Below, in pieces: positions 21,681-33,739 of a DNA stretch of 39,319 bases. The DNA lies in the NCBI GenBank assembly GCA_020536535.1, contig JAHLWZ010000495.1, positions 1 to 39,319 on the forward strand. Reading direction: 5' to 3'. This DNA comes from Pelomyxa schiedti. Its lineage: Eukaryota > Protista > Evosea. The notes under the pieces are model-generated. The model was not told where the DNA came from. It searched no databases and saw nothing but the letters and a program-made list of their open reading frames with translations. Position 1 is the stretch's first letter, and the number at the start of each line of letters is the position of its first letter. The translations under genes were made by a program, and so were the position numbers.

Positions 21681-22649
21681 ATGTCGACAACCGAACCAAC
21701 AAGGCTGGATGCACCGGAGACCACAACAACGACATCAGTGGCAACGACACCACTAAGAGTAACTGTGGACCATAAGGAGGTCACTGTTCAGGTGGCCGAG
21801 GGTGCAACTGTTGGGTCGTTGCGCTCAACTGTTGCCGAGTCACTTGGCCACACAGCAGATCCGCATCAAATGGTGTTTTACGCGGGAACGGCGCTGTTAT
21901 CGAACGCACAAGTGGTAATAACCCGCACTCCTTTTTTCCCCTTGATAGTAAGGTTCGATTCCCCCCTCACAGCTATCGGAAATTGTGATCCCCGAGGGTG
22001 GTTTGACCGCCAGAATGAAGACTAGACAAGAGATTCTTGCCAGACTTTATCAAATTCAGCACAACCTACGACAACCCACCTCTGCAGTAAGTATATTTGT
22101 GGTGGCCTTAAAATTTGTTTTATTAACACAGTTATTTTTTCCTTTTCAATAAATAATTTATTTATTAAGTTTCTTTAGTTGACAGAAGACCTAGCCGCCG
22201 AATTGCTTTCTGATCTCCGCACACTTGTCGCCTATTTGGAGACTCTGAACCAAACCGAGATCCACCATTTAGCACCTGTAGCGTAGGCATTCATTACTGA
22301 CACCTTTTCTTCAGTAACGAAATTCTATAGGTTAGCCGCTCCAGCAGCCGTTTTGACCATTGGAGGCATCACAAAGCGCATTCCTGGCAAAGTAGTTTGT
22401 AGTGGTAAGTGCCTCTCGCTATTGGGTTTTCTTTAACAGGAATGGTTAGGCCTCGTGCTCAATTCCGCCGTAGCAGCGCTTTCCTGGTACCTTTGGCCAT
22501 CACTTTTCTCAGAGCCCTCCGCTGCTGGACAATGTATATCCATTGCCAGACAACTGGAGGTCTCGGCAGGCAAAAAGAACTTGCTAGATACAGCATCCCT
22601 CCTTCAGCACTTCCTGTTTGTCTACAGCTATGTTGGTGCCCGGAAGTGA
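21681..22649 (+). CDS. Ubiquitin-like domain protein with C-terminal hydrophobic segments
   Basis: LRVTVDHKEVTVQVAEGATVGSLRSTVAESLG..QMVFYAGTAL has Ubl spacing. Spliced helical middle. Hydrophobic segments AAVLTIGGI and VLNSAVAALSWYLW; stop at 22649. Confidence 0.6.
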
Positions 22650-22736
22650 AAATAAATGTGAACAGAATCTTTTTATTTCCTAGTTTCCTCTTGTGAGAAG
22701 ATTGAGGACTCCACAACAAACAAGTTGTAAGTCGCC

Positions 22737-25700
22737 ATGTCTACACCTCCCGCGAAAACGGCCGCCCAAGCGAGGTCAACATGCACTCATACCACAACAC
22801 CTACGGCTACTTCGTCAATGTCGGCAGCTGCGACGCCAACAACTGCCGCAACCCCGTCGTCGCCACAATCTCCAGCACGAAAAAAGTCCAGGCGTGGAGG
22901 TTCCAAAACAAAAACTTCGGCGACTAGCCCCAGTATCAGACAAACTGCCTCGTCCTCTTTCCTATTTGTGCCTGCTAAAAAAAAACGAGAGCCAAAGCTG
23001 CCACAGTTAAATTCTGTTCTACCGCCGCGGAGACCACAGAGAACCATTAGAAATATGATGCACAAATTGAAAGTGTCATCGGAAGTGAACAGCTCTGCCC
23101 ACAAAGAAGCTGGTAGTGCCTCCAATGATAGAACTTCTACAAGCTCTACTGCTAGCGTGACCTGTTCCAGCACCGGCCAGGAGGCTGGCAGTGATCACAA
23201 TTCCCAGAACCTAAACTCACCACCTTCAATCCCTGCTATTACTTCAGTAGAGACAAGTACCAGGAACAGGAACTTAGTTGAATTCATGCAGAGTCATTTC
23301 AATGTTTTTGTTTTGAATCAGCTGAGTAATTTGGATACTGCTGAGCAAATCATCACCTTGGTTGAGCCAATTCAGAAACGTGCCCTGAGTCGAGATCATG
23401 AACTTCAGCACGCACTCGCCAACCTCTCGGCATGCCCAGATTGCCCTGCCTCATGCACAGAGTTCCTTGTGAATCATCTCAATGAATTCCCTCTTGAGAT
23501 TCTGAAAGCAAATTCACAAAGCCTCACAGCCTTTGCAACATCCCTGGAGACAAAGCACCAATTTGTAGACAACGCAATTAGGTCGATATCAATTGACAAC
23601 AGTATTTCTAAGGAAGACAGAAAGCATGTGATTACCTTCATGAAAGACTACAAGCACATTATCGTGCAACAGACAGAAATGCTTCCGGACAACAACATTC
23701 AGCTCGTCCAAATAGTGAAAGATGTGTGGGAACCACAAATAACTGACCTGCTTGCTCTTGTATGCTATTACATTATGTAATTTTCTCTTAATCAAACCAA
23801 CTAGGTGATTTCTAAAGCTAAAGTTCTTATGGCCAGTGTTCCTCCCCAAGCACTGAGAGAAAGTGATGACCCTGGAAAGTTCTATCTGGATGTATCATCT
23901 GCAGAAGCCATTTGCACATGCATGGGGAATCTGGCTCCATACTTCATGAGGATTGGGCTGAAACTGAAGTCTGAGCCTCATGCCAACAAGCTGGTTGAGG
24001 CTGTGGTATTCCCAGACTTTGTAGACAGAGATACCCCTTTGCAAACGGTTCGCAACTGGCTCATGGAACGCTTTGTCCCTAGGATCCCTTCTGATAAACG
24101 TACAATGAACCCCCTTGTATTTGTCTTTGGGGCACCAGGCAGTGGAAAGGTCCGGCCTCTACTTAACTTTTTTTTTAAACCAAATCACAGTCAAGGGCTC
24201 TGGATGAACTTGTCAATATGTTTGAAGCACCCAATAACCCACTTGCACCACCTACAACTTCCTCCTCTGAACCAAGCCAAGTGGGTAACATTTTCTGTAT
24301 TACTATCACCTGGAATGGGAATACACCTTTTAACCCGCTCGTGGATGCCAGTGGGGATGGCCTTCCTGGTCTTTTCCTTAGAATTTTGTTCTCGTATGTT
24401 TTGCCTTTTTGGTCTGTGGATAACCTTTCTTTCCTAAAGGCATTGGTTTGATGGCATCGGCCTTGTTAAATTTGCCTCTCACATCCAAAATTGGGAAGCA
24501 ATTGTGGCTCAAATTTCTTCTACAGACGGCGAATTGCTTGAAAGGCTCTTTGATGCAATACATCTTCACAGCAAGAAAAGGCACGCCCTTTTGTGTGTTG
24601 ACGAGATCTTGATGTCTAACAGTTCCTCAAAATCTGAGGAACACTCAATTGCCATCTGTAAGCAACTGGGAAACCTGTTAGATAAACACAGAGCGACCAG
24701 TGAAGACCCTAATGCCAGTGTACTGATGGTACTTTTCTCGTGCCTAGACAAAGGCTGGGCAAAGGAGCTGAAAACCCACTCCGGTAGACAAATCCTGTTT
24801 TCCCAGATGGATCCCATTCAATTCAGGCTGTGTGTCAAGCTGTTTGAGCAACATTTTCTGCGATTTGGAGAACAGGCAAAAGCTGGGCTCATGACTTTGC
24901 TTATGGATACTGGGGGCATTCCCTGCTTACTGGCAAGTGCCGAGCAGTGGCTGAGAAACGATAAAACTGCTTTGCAGTGGCTTGCTGGTCGTTCATACTC
25001 TCTGACAAGTATCATAGATGGTACTCGTGCTGGTTGCTTTGACGACGATACATTGGAGATTGTAAGTGCGGTAGTGTGTGCCAGGGATGTAAATCCACTG
25101 ACGCTCATTGGTGAGACATCCTTTTCTCGCCTTATTTCCCGTGGTCACCTTTACTGTCTGGGCCACAAACCATGCACCAGTGTGATTACCTTACTTCAGT
25201 TTGCTTCTGAGCACAATGCTCCTCCTGTTCATACCTTTGAGGATGTTATCACTCTCCTTGATGATAACTCAGGAAAGACCCTCGAGCAAGTGTCAATTCT
25301 CCTTAATTTCATTCTGAATCCTACAGTAAGTTGGGCCAGTGGGCAAGCGTTGGAGGACTTTTGTACCCTGCACCCTTTCCTCCTCACTCTATGCAATGCA
25401 AAAGAGGGTGATAGGACGTTTACTGTATGCTCGATGTTTGGGAGTCCTAAGTTTCGGAGATGTGTAGAAGCAGTCGTAGGAGAGATGGCAGTCTTCCCCA
25501 GGATCCCACATTTTCTCTGCTGGAATGTTCCATATGAAGGGCAATCTCATCACTTCTATTGGTGGGCAAAGAATCACGTCAATTTGTTGCGACTTGGATC
25601 CGTAGTTCGTTGCTGCCACAATAATCCTGGGTAAGTCCTAGCTCTCTTGTTTCTCAATACTCAATTTTAGAACCTCCAAAACAAAATAGTTTCGAGACTG

Positions 25701-26086
25701 TATTCTTACTGGCATCTGCATGCACGAAAGACAAGTTTATCATTTGTCTGGAGGCCAAGTACTCAGAGGAAAAAAGCACAAGCACACTCTCGGCAGAAGA
25801 TATTGTAGATAAATGGAGAAACACGCAGGATCAAATTCAACCCCTGTTACAAACAACGGCATGGGGGGGATCCACAGTGATTCTTATGATAGTAGCCCTG
25901 CGGCAGCTTCCAAAGACCCTCAATTTCCAGCTACCTCCCGATGCCAACATTGTCATTGTGGACAGGCAACAATTTGTGAAGTACCTTGGGCCCACTATTG
26001 GTCGCCGTTTTGAGTCAGCAGACCAGGTTTGTTCCCTTCTCCAGACAAGAAAATACCACAACCAACAACGTCAAGGTGCAGTTTGA
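22737..26086 (+). CDS. Crinkler/RHS (CR)-type protein: disordered N-terminus, helical domain, P-loop NTPase, C-terminal PD-(D/E)xK restriction-endonuclease-like domain
   Basis: Walker A VFVFGAPGSGK|SRAL (24129-24149), ITITWNGNT..FLRIL, Walker B LLCVDE, THSGRQI, DTGGIP. Nuclease-like motifs GQALEDF, HNNPG|FE and FIICLEAKYS (Glu at 25751). C-terminal IVIVDRQQFVKYLGPTIGRRF; stop at 26086. Confidence 0.75.
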
Positions 26087-26393
26087 AGACTTTATCTACA
26101 GGGAAACTACCACAGCCTCTCATTCCTGAACAGGTTAGGCCGAACTAATTCAGCTGCATGTCTGAACAATCTTAATAGGAGTCTCCTGACGACTTGCGCA
26201 TGAAAAAAAAAACTAGAGCTTCAAGTCCGATCCCGACGGCGAGGGAAACTACTCTGCTGCTGCTACGACGACGGAGACGGGCGTGTACTGGCGCACTTGT
26301 CTATAACTGTAGATAGAGAGTATCAGTAGTGAACAACGAGAGAAACCTCATAGTTTTTTTTCCCTCTTTTTGTACAACCTGCATGCTACAATA

Positions 26394-29374
26394 TCATAGT
26401 ACATCCATCTCGCACCCCAAGGAGGACTCTATGGACCCGTCAGCGTGTTGTGCCATGTGAGTGGGAGGCAGTTGTACTGCGGCATCGAGCGTTGGTGGGA
26501 ACCCACGCATTCTGCCCATGATGAGTGCCAGTGTGACCACAACTTGCGAAAAGCCGCGGAAAGTCTGGGCCAGCCCGCCATTGGCACATACAGTGGTAGT
26601 GGTAGTGAGTGAGGAGGTGGATGACACTGTCTCCACGGTTTTGCAGTAGCCAAGGGAGATTCCCACACCGTCGTAGGCGCTCAGTAATTCGAAGATGACA
26701 CCAAATATGGAGAAGCCAGGGTCGGTACCTTGCCGGTAGAACTCGGCAACCAAGACTAGGAAGACCAGAGAGAATGCCCATAAGACATCACTGCCAACAG
26801 CACTGTGAAGTTGCAGGAGGCCCCCGCTCGTGTCAGGTATGCTTACTGGAAGGGCGTCATCTCCAATTACCTCTGGGGCGGCAGCTGGAGGGGTTGGTGG
26901 TGGAGAACGCTCAGGCGAAGGCGATGGAGAAGGAGTACTTCTTGGACTGGGAAGAGCCGGGGAAGAAGATGGAGACTTGGGATGTGTTGGTGAAGGAGGA
27001 GGTGGAATATTGGTGTCTGCAATAACATGCACAACATCCTCGGCCATGCACTTCAACAGATCCTTTCCCCGATTCCCTGGGCGTGGAGAGCCTTGCGGGC
27101 TTGCAATGGGAGCTGATGTTAACAGTACGGAAGGAGATTGAGAGCGCGGAATAAGTGCAGGCGGTGTGACTGCTCCTGTCGAGTCCCCCAGTTTAGCAGG
27201 CGAATGTGAAGCCTGAACAGCAGCCGCGTTCATCTGTCTTATCAAGGCCAGGTCCAAAGGAAGTGGGGGGGAGTCAAGACTTCGTTTTCCAGTTGGCGTG
27301 CGCTCAACAACCTCCGTGATTACATCTCTTGCAAGAAGATTTGTCCAAAATTTGGATTCGTATCTTACTGAACTCGATTTGAGTGTAACCTACAATAAGT
27401 AAGTTTTTCCTCGTAATTACTGAGTGAAGTTACACACGATAAAAGGATAGGCTGAAGTAGTCATAAAGAAGAGTATGATCTGTGTATTGAATAAGGGGCT
27501 TGGGAAGGATGCGAGGCATTATACAAATTGATAAGCTTGGTGAGTTTGTGATACGTCAACTACAGGAAACCCAGTTGCTCTACTAACGGTTAAGACAAAT
27601 ATTAGGATGGGATTATGTGTTTGCCTTGTATTTATTGCCTCAAGCAATGATATCAAAAATCTACCCCATCCCGTGCAGTTCCCATTGTTGCATTCTACAA
27701 GTAAGGGCATATCGCGGTTGAGTACCCAGAACACGATGATCTGAGCAATGAGTAGTATTGTCCAACTTATGCCAAGCACTCTTGTTATGACTGCGGGAAA
27801 GAGATGTGTGCTACACTCTCGGGGATACACGAGCAGAAATTTAAATGACGGTCGGTGAGTAACTCTCCAAAAAACCCATACAAAGAAACGCAAGTAGATT
27901 GGAAGTGCAGTATTCCCAACAGCCATCAGCACAAACAAGGTCAAAACAATTACAGTGTTGGTGTTATATGGCATAAGTCCATCTGCATCATATTAGATTC
28001 TTTTTGAATACTACACTCTTACCACTGAAAAAAGGGAACCCGGCTTGAAAGAAGGCGCCATTGACGTGAAAGAATGCCCACCAGGTTGGGTTCGTGTTCC
28101 GCGCCAGTAATGAGTCTCGAATCTTGGTGTCGAAGTTGACGTAAAGGCCCAACACCAAGAATCCCAATCCAAGGAAAAACAGTAAAAACAGCACCAAGAT
28201 GGCAGCGAGAAATACAAGTGCTTCGTACTCTGTGAAAAAATTACTGGATAGGTCATCAAAGTGCGGATGGAAACCAACTGCAAGACTGCGAAACAACTTA
28301 GATCCAGCTTTGTGTACATTGTGAGAAAAGTGGTTCCGTAAAAATATTATCTGCATGTGGGAAATGAGCACACAACAATTAGTAGGAACTATTGCAGCAT
28401 ACTTTTAAAATAACAGGAACCAAGACAAGCGTTGGGACGCCTCCTAGCCACATGAATACGATATGCAACCCTTTGCTGGCATTCGAGAGACCTTAATTGT
28501 TGTCCCAGAGTTAGAACTACTTTAGTTACAGTACGATGCAAGAAACCTTGAAAATCGAGAGTACCCATTCCTGTCACTCCAACTGAAGCGCCGATTGACG
28601 CCAATGCTGCTGTATAAGGTATCCCGACAGAAACTGTGTCTGTTCATTGTCAGTGCAATGAAACGCATAGATAAACTCACCAGGAAACTTCCCCTGTACT
28701 ACAGAATCTTTTTCCATGGCCTTTAAGATAGCCCCTCCAATGAGGCACAGGAGTAAGAAATATAACATATGACAATGGGCAAAGGTAGTTTGCTTTTTAG
28801 CGACAACTTTAATTGCTTGCCATAATCGCTTCCCTGTGTTCTTAAGTCCGCCAACGTTCTCTTCGTGTGGATTGGAATCTATTTGAACAGTCTCCGGCTC
28901 TTGTGGGATAGATATTGCAGATATTGTGGGCTCTGGTGACCACTCTTTTGACTTACGCGGGTGGGTGTCATGCTGATGGTGATGCTTGTGATGCTTTCGT
29001 CTGCGTCTGTGGGGTCTCGGAGAATGGGAAACGGATTCTGGGCGTCTAGAACGCGACCAAGAATGCGAACGATCGCGAGAGTGGGAGCGAGAGCGAAGGT
29101 GAGAGTGGCCCTTGTGCGAGCGAGAACTCCGCGAGAGTTCAATGCTGGCGTGTCTACGGCTTCGGGAGCGAGATCTCGTGCGGGTGTCGGAGCACGATCT
29201 GCACCTGGAGTGCCGCCTTTTCAAGCTGCGCGATCGACGTATGCTACGGGACCTGCTTTGGCGTTGATCTGGAGATGTAGATGGAAGTGGAGATGGCGAT
29301 GCAGATCTGACCCTCGGCTCCAAAGTGACGACACAACCCCGGCGCGCAACCGCGTTGCTTTCGTCTTCCGACAT
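26394..29374 (-). CDS. Trk/Ktr/HKT-family (TrkH-type) K+/cation transporter
   Basis: ATG 29374 and an RS/His-rich N-terminus. Four pore-loop motifs: VGVTGMGTLD, AFFQAGF, SRATGFPVVDVS, FELLSAYDGVGISLG. C-terminal GRMRGFPPTLDAAVQLP is typical of eukaryotic Trk. Confidence 0.9.
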
Positions 29375-29688
29375 CGCGCGTCCAATTTATTAGGAACAAT
29401 GTTGTTGCGCCCGTTGTCGGCGGGTGTCGTCGAAGCTAAATTACGTTCGAGATCTTGTGGAACCGTTCCAACGCTTCCAAAAGAAGGAGCTGGGAAATGG
29501 CCCTGTGCATTTCGATGTGTTCCTCACCATAAGCACAGTAGAACGCCCGTTTTTGTGTTACGAACGGAGACTGTGAGTCAAAGATAATGTGCTGAGAAGT
29601 ATTGCACTTTTCCTCCACTTTTTCGGGCTGCTAAAAGCAGAAGAGAATTGGTCCAGCGATCGTTTTTAAGTGCTTTCAGTGCTTTGGC

Positions 29689-32600
29689 ATGAGGTACTTG
29701 CCTTGCTGTTTGCTTTGTCTGCTTCTGGTTTCATGTACCCCTCAAGTCCTGTCTCAGTCCTCATCATCAACTTCACCCTCTCAGGGTGAGGCGGACTCCT
29801 CGTCGCCGTCTTGGTGCGCGTCGTCGCTCGAGTCGTGGATTTCTGACATCACCCTATATTGGGAAGGCAACACAAACCTCGTCGACACCGATTTCCTTGC
29901 CCGGCATTACCTCCTCAACGCAACCAACATGACCCTCCATGACATTTCGGTTTCCTCCTTGTCTGCAGTCCTCAATCCCCAACAGTCTTCTGAATCGACA
30001 TCAACATCAGCAGGCACAAACAGTGCAACTTCTCTTGGATTTGGGTTTTCCCTCTCTGGCGTGCAACTGTCGTTCGAAGCGATCTGGACCATAATCGAGA
30101 CCACGACCGACGGGCTCAGCGTCCTTTACAACTCCACATTCCCGGCCGTCCTCAACGTCACAAATAGCACCGACAATGAGGTGTATCTCGCCTTCCAGAT
30201 ACAGAATGACGGCGTCTTGGCTCAGAACCTGACCCTCACAGATTGCCAGGTGAATATCAATTTCACACTGTACCTGCCAAATTCCACGAGTTACGTCGAA
30301 CTTCTGTCGACTGCCCTCGCACTTTTCCTGTGCGACGAGATTGACGACTTTGTGATCGAAACACTGGCACCTCTGATTGACTCTATCAATTCGTTCATAT
30401 CTCCTTACACATCGATGCCTCCAGATCCACTTATGGTTCCGGAACCCCTGCCTACCGCAAATAATCTGACAGAAAACGCGTTTATAAATGCAGTGGACTG
30501 GTTTCTAAATGTGGAAGTTGGGGCTAATGGGCCACTTGGTTTGAATCCCATAATGAACGTGCTGACTAACTACACCGGTGTATTGAACATTGATATGGAC
30601 TCTGATGGGGATATTTTCCAAATGCAGAGTTTGACCCTTGGTGGCTTGAATACTTTCACCAATACAACAACCCTTTTTGTGCCAATTGACAATGTGACTT
30701 TGGATACACAGCTCATTCTAGAATCCGTGGATGTTGATCTCTCCTTTTTATTGACGGTCAATCTCACTTCTTTAATTGACTCATCGTCTCTCTTACCATC
30801 AGCCAATTTATGTGAAAATGCGATTTTCGCTTTTTCGCTTGCTGAGCCTGATCTTACTGCCCTAATGCAATTTGCATGGTACATTGCTTATCTGGCAACC
30901 AACTGGACAGACCCAATGTGCTTAGATTTTGATTGCATCCTGTCTTCCATAGGCGCGAACGATACAGCCTTTACTTCTGCCTACACCGATATGTCCACAT
31001 CGTTTTCTTTCATTATGTCTTTCAATGACAGCGGTACCCAAACACTGGAACATGATGTGTCAGAGGCAATAACAATGGTGGGAGGGGCCTTTTTGGAAAT
31101 GTTTCCAGTGTATGTTCCAAGCACTGTAACAGCTATTTTGTATGCCCTTCTTCTTCCATTTTTAAACTCCAAAATGAGTGAATACTTTGAGAATCAAACT
31201 TGTCCATATACTGCTGATGTTACCGACCCACAGGAGGAAATAGACGTTCTTACAACCAGCCTTGCATTTAGTCTTGCAGTGGTCTTCGCTGTGGGAATTT
31301 TTCTGGCTGCGGAGGCGATTCACTGGAGAAAAAATCGGAAGGCCAAGGAAGCAAATGCGAATGAAACCACAGCTCTTGTTAGTGATACAACGCCGGTAGA
31401 TAATTCGGAAGGAGGCTCAGGAACGCCCAAAAAGCCACAAGAGGTGCCGAAGTCAAATTATACAGGCTCTAGTCTGATTCTGCACCCCCATCTTCACTGG
31501 ATCATTCGATTTGGCATGTTTCTTGCTGTGTGTGCAAATTTTGCAATTTTTATTTGTTCTGGAAGTACTGGAGGGACAGAAGTATATCTTTCACTCAATA
31601 CCGGGACGAGGATAATTGATAGTGATCCTCTTATGATTTTTACATTGGAGTCCTCTGTTACAGTGAGTTCCTCCTCTAAGGTTCTAAAAGGGAACTTAAT
31701 CCATATAGGATATGTGGGAGGCTGGCCTCTGGCCAATAGCAATCATTGTGGCATTGTTTTCTGGAGTGTGGCCACGTCTCAAAATTATTTTGATGGGGGC
31801 TGCATGGGTTGTTCCAGTTTATTTTTTGTCAACTAAACGAAGAGAGCTGGGGATAATGGCCCTTGGTAGTATCTACTTCATTTTTACCCCCATTAAAGAT
31901 GACCAAAGATGCTTTGGGAAAATGGTCATTGGTTGATTCCTTCATGATGATTATCATGATGGTGGCATTTAGATTCTCTGTTGCATTTCCGCTCTATGAA
32001 GTTGAAAATGTTTATATCAAACAGCCCTTTACCATTGACGTTTATGTTCTCATGTTAGCTGGCTTCATCATCTTCCTAATGGGAACAATGGTTTCACTTC
32101 TACTATCACACCTTATTGTGGCTGCGCACAGATTAGCAGAATCCCTTGCAAAAAGCAAAGGCGAAGAAGAAGACTCCAAAGTGGAATCCCTATTCATGCA
32201 TGTTATAAGGCATGGTCCAAGGAGGCGCAAGCACATTAGGGTAGCTTACACCATTGGAGTTGCCGTTGTGCTATGTGGCACGTTCGTAGTTATGATCCTT
32301 GCATTTCGCATCGATTCCTTTTCGTTTCACTTTGGAGGACTTGCTGGGTGGCTTCTTGAAGAAATTGGTTTATCAGCTACTCGGACATTCTCCATTGTCA
32401 CCCTTGCTTATGCCATACCCTCAACCAGCACAGAATCCGATCCTTGGATCTGGGTTGTCACGCTGGTCTATGCTTGCACTTGCATATTCTTCCCGCTGAT
32501 TCAGATAATACTCCTGTTCATCCTGTGGATGACTCCCCTCCCAAGAATTGTACAAAAGATAGGACTTATTGTCGCGGAGGTACTCAATGCCTGGTCCGCC

Positions 32601-33115
32601 CTGGAGGTAACATTTCCACATCCCTTTTTCTCCTTCTCCTTACTCCTATTCTTACTTCAATTTCGACTAACAACACCAACCTTTTTCCCTTCCAAAAAAA
32701 ACAAAAAAACAAAAAAAAGGTGTTCTTTTTGGCAATATGCACGTCACTTTTGCAACTGGAGCAGTTCGCGGCCTTCCTTGTCGACGACGCCTGCGCATCC
32801 ATCGACGTTTTCCTGGAGCAGTACATGAGCGGGCTCCTCGAGGGCGACGCAACCTGCTTCACGGTGAACACGGAGCTACTTGCCGGCGCGTGGCTGCTGC
32901 TCGCCGGCAGCATATCGTACATGGTCACGGCGTGGATTGTGATGAGGGCTTGCCACAGGGTCATCAACAGGGAGGATTTCGAGCGGGGATCATGCAACTG
33001 CAGCTGTTGCTGGGGGTTCTGCTCAAAGTGCACTCGTGGGGGCCACAAGAGCGATGGCGAGAGTGAACCCAGTGACACTGACACTGACACTGGAGACCAC
33101 AAAGCGACAATCTAA
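29689..33115 (+). CDS. Signal peptide + large lumenal domain + TM + two PqiA (paraquat-inducible protein A)-like membrane domains
   Basis: Signal peptide MRYLPCCLLCLLLVSC. About 500 aa ectodomain rich in NxS/T sites. TM segment TSLAFSLAVVFAVGIFLAA. PqiA-1: FTLESSV|..MWEAGLWPIAIIVALFSGVWPRLK..LGKWSLVDSFMMIIMMVAF. PqiA-2: FSIVTL..IFFPLIQ..EVLNAWSALEV|FFLAI. Cys-rich tail; stop at 33115. Confidence 0.82.
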
Positions 33116-33739
33116 AATTAAACAGTATTGTATTACGGTGCAGCACCATACTCATTGGTTTTTTAAACTAAGAACGGTGTCTTCTTGCTATGCTGAGCGA
33201 TTCCATGTACGAGAGGCGTTGTGTGAACGAGTACTTCGCTCGTTTCTTTTTAGAGAATATTGAATTCCCTGAACCTCCTTTGAATAAGGGGAATTTACTG
33301 CAACAATACAAAGCAATCCTGCCAAACTTGGGGGTCAAACCAACTCTACCCAAAAAACACAAGAAAATTCTGGATCTGGTCCGGATGGTGTCAAAATCGT
33401 GTCGAACCAGGGGGAGAAGGTAGTACAGAGCTGTGAGCAGTGTTTCCCTTGGTTCCCAGTGAAAAAGGAGGCACAGGGACTGAGGAAACCCAAAAAGTGG
33501 TGGTAACTGGATGGGTGCCGGAAAAAAAAAGTACAATCAATCATTCTCCTAAATTGATTACAAAAAACCTGTTTGATTGTGGGCAAACTGTTGTGGTATG
33601 TGGTAGTGCATAAGAAGTTGTGGCATGATGGTTTTGAGGTCTAACACACATCCACAGTCACCATTGTCCCAAAATATGACATTGGCTTCACATGTTAGTA
33701 ACAGATTTCGCAGAATGGTACAATCTACAACGTTGTATC

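Noticed and set aside
18479-22745. Three consecutive genes all starting M-S-T
   Set aside because: Ser and Thr are common after the initiator Met and there is no further similarity.
28961-29587. 208-aa plus-strand ORF antisense to Trk exon 1
   Set aside because: It is the mirror of the Arg/Ser repeat tract and has no independent support.
33190-33423. 77-aa plus-strand ORF between the PqiA gene and the hAT remnant
   Set aside because: It looks protein-like, but I recognise no family and cannot build a gene model; it may be a TE-carried fragment.
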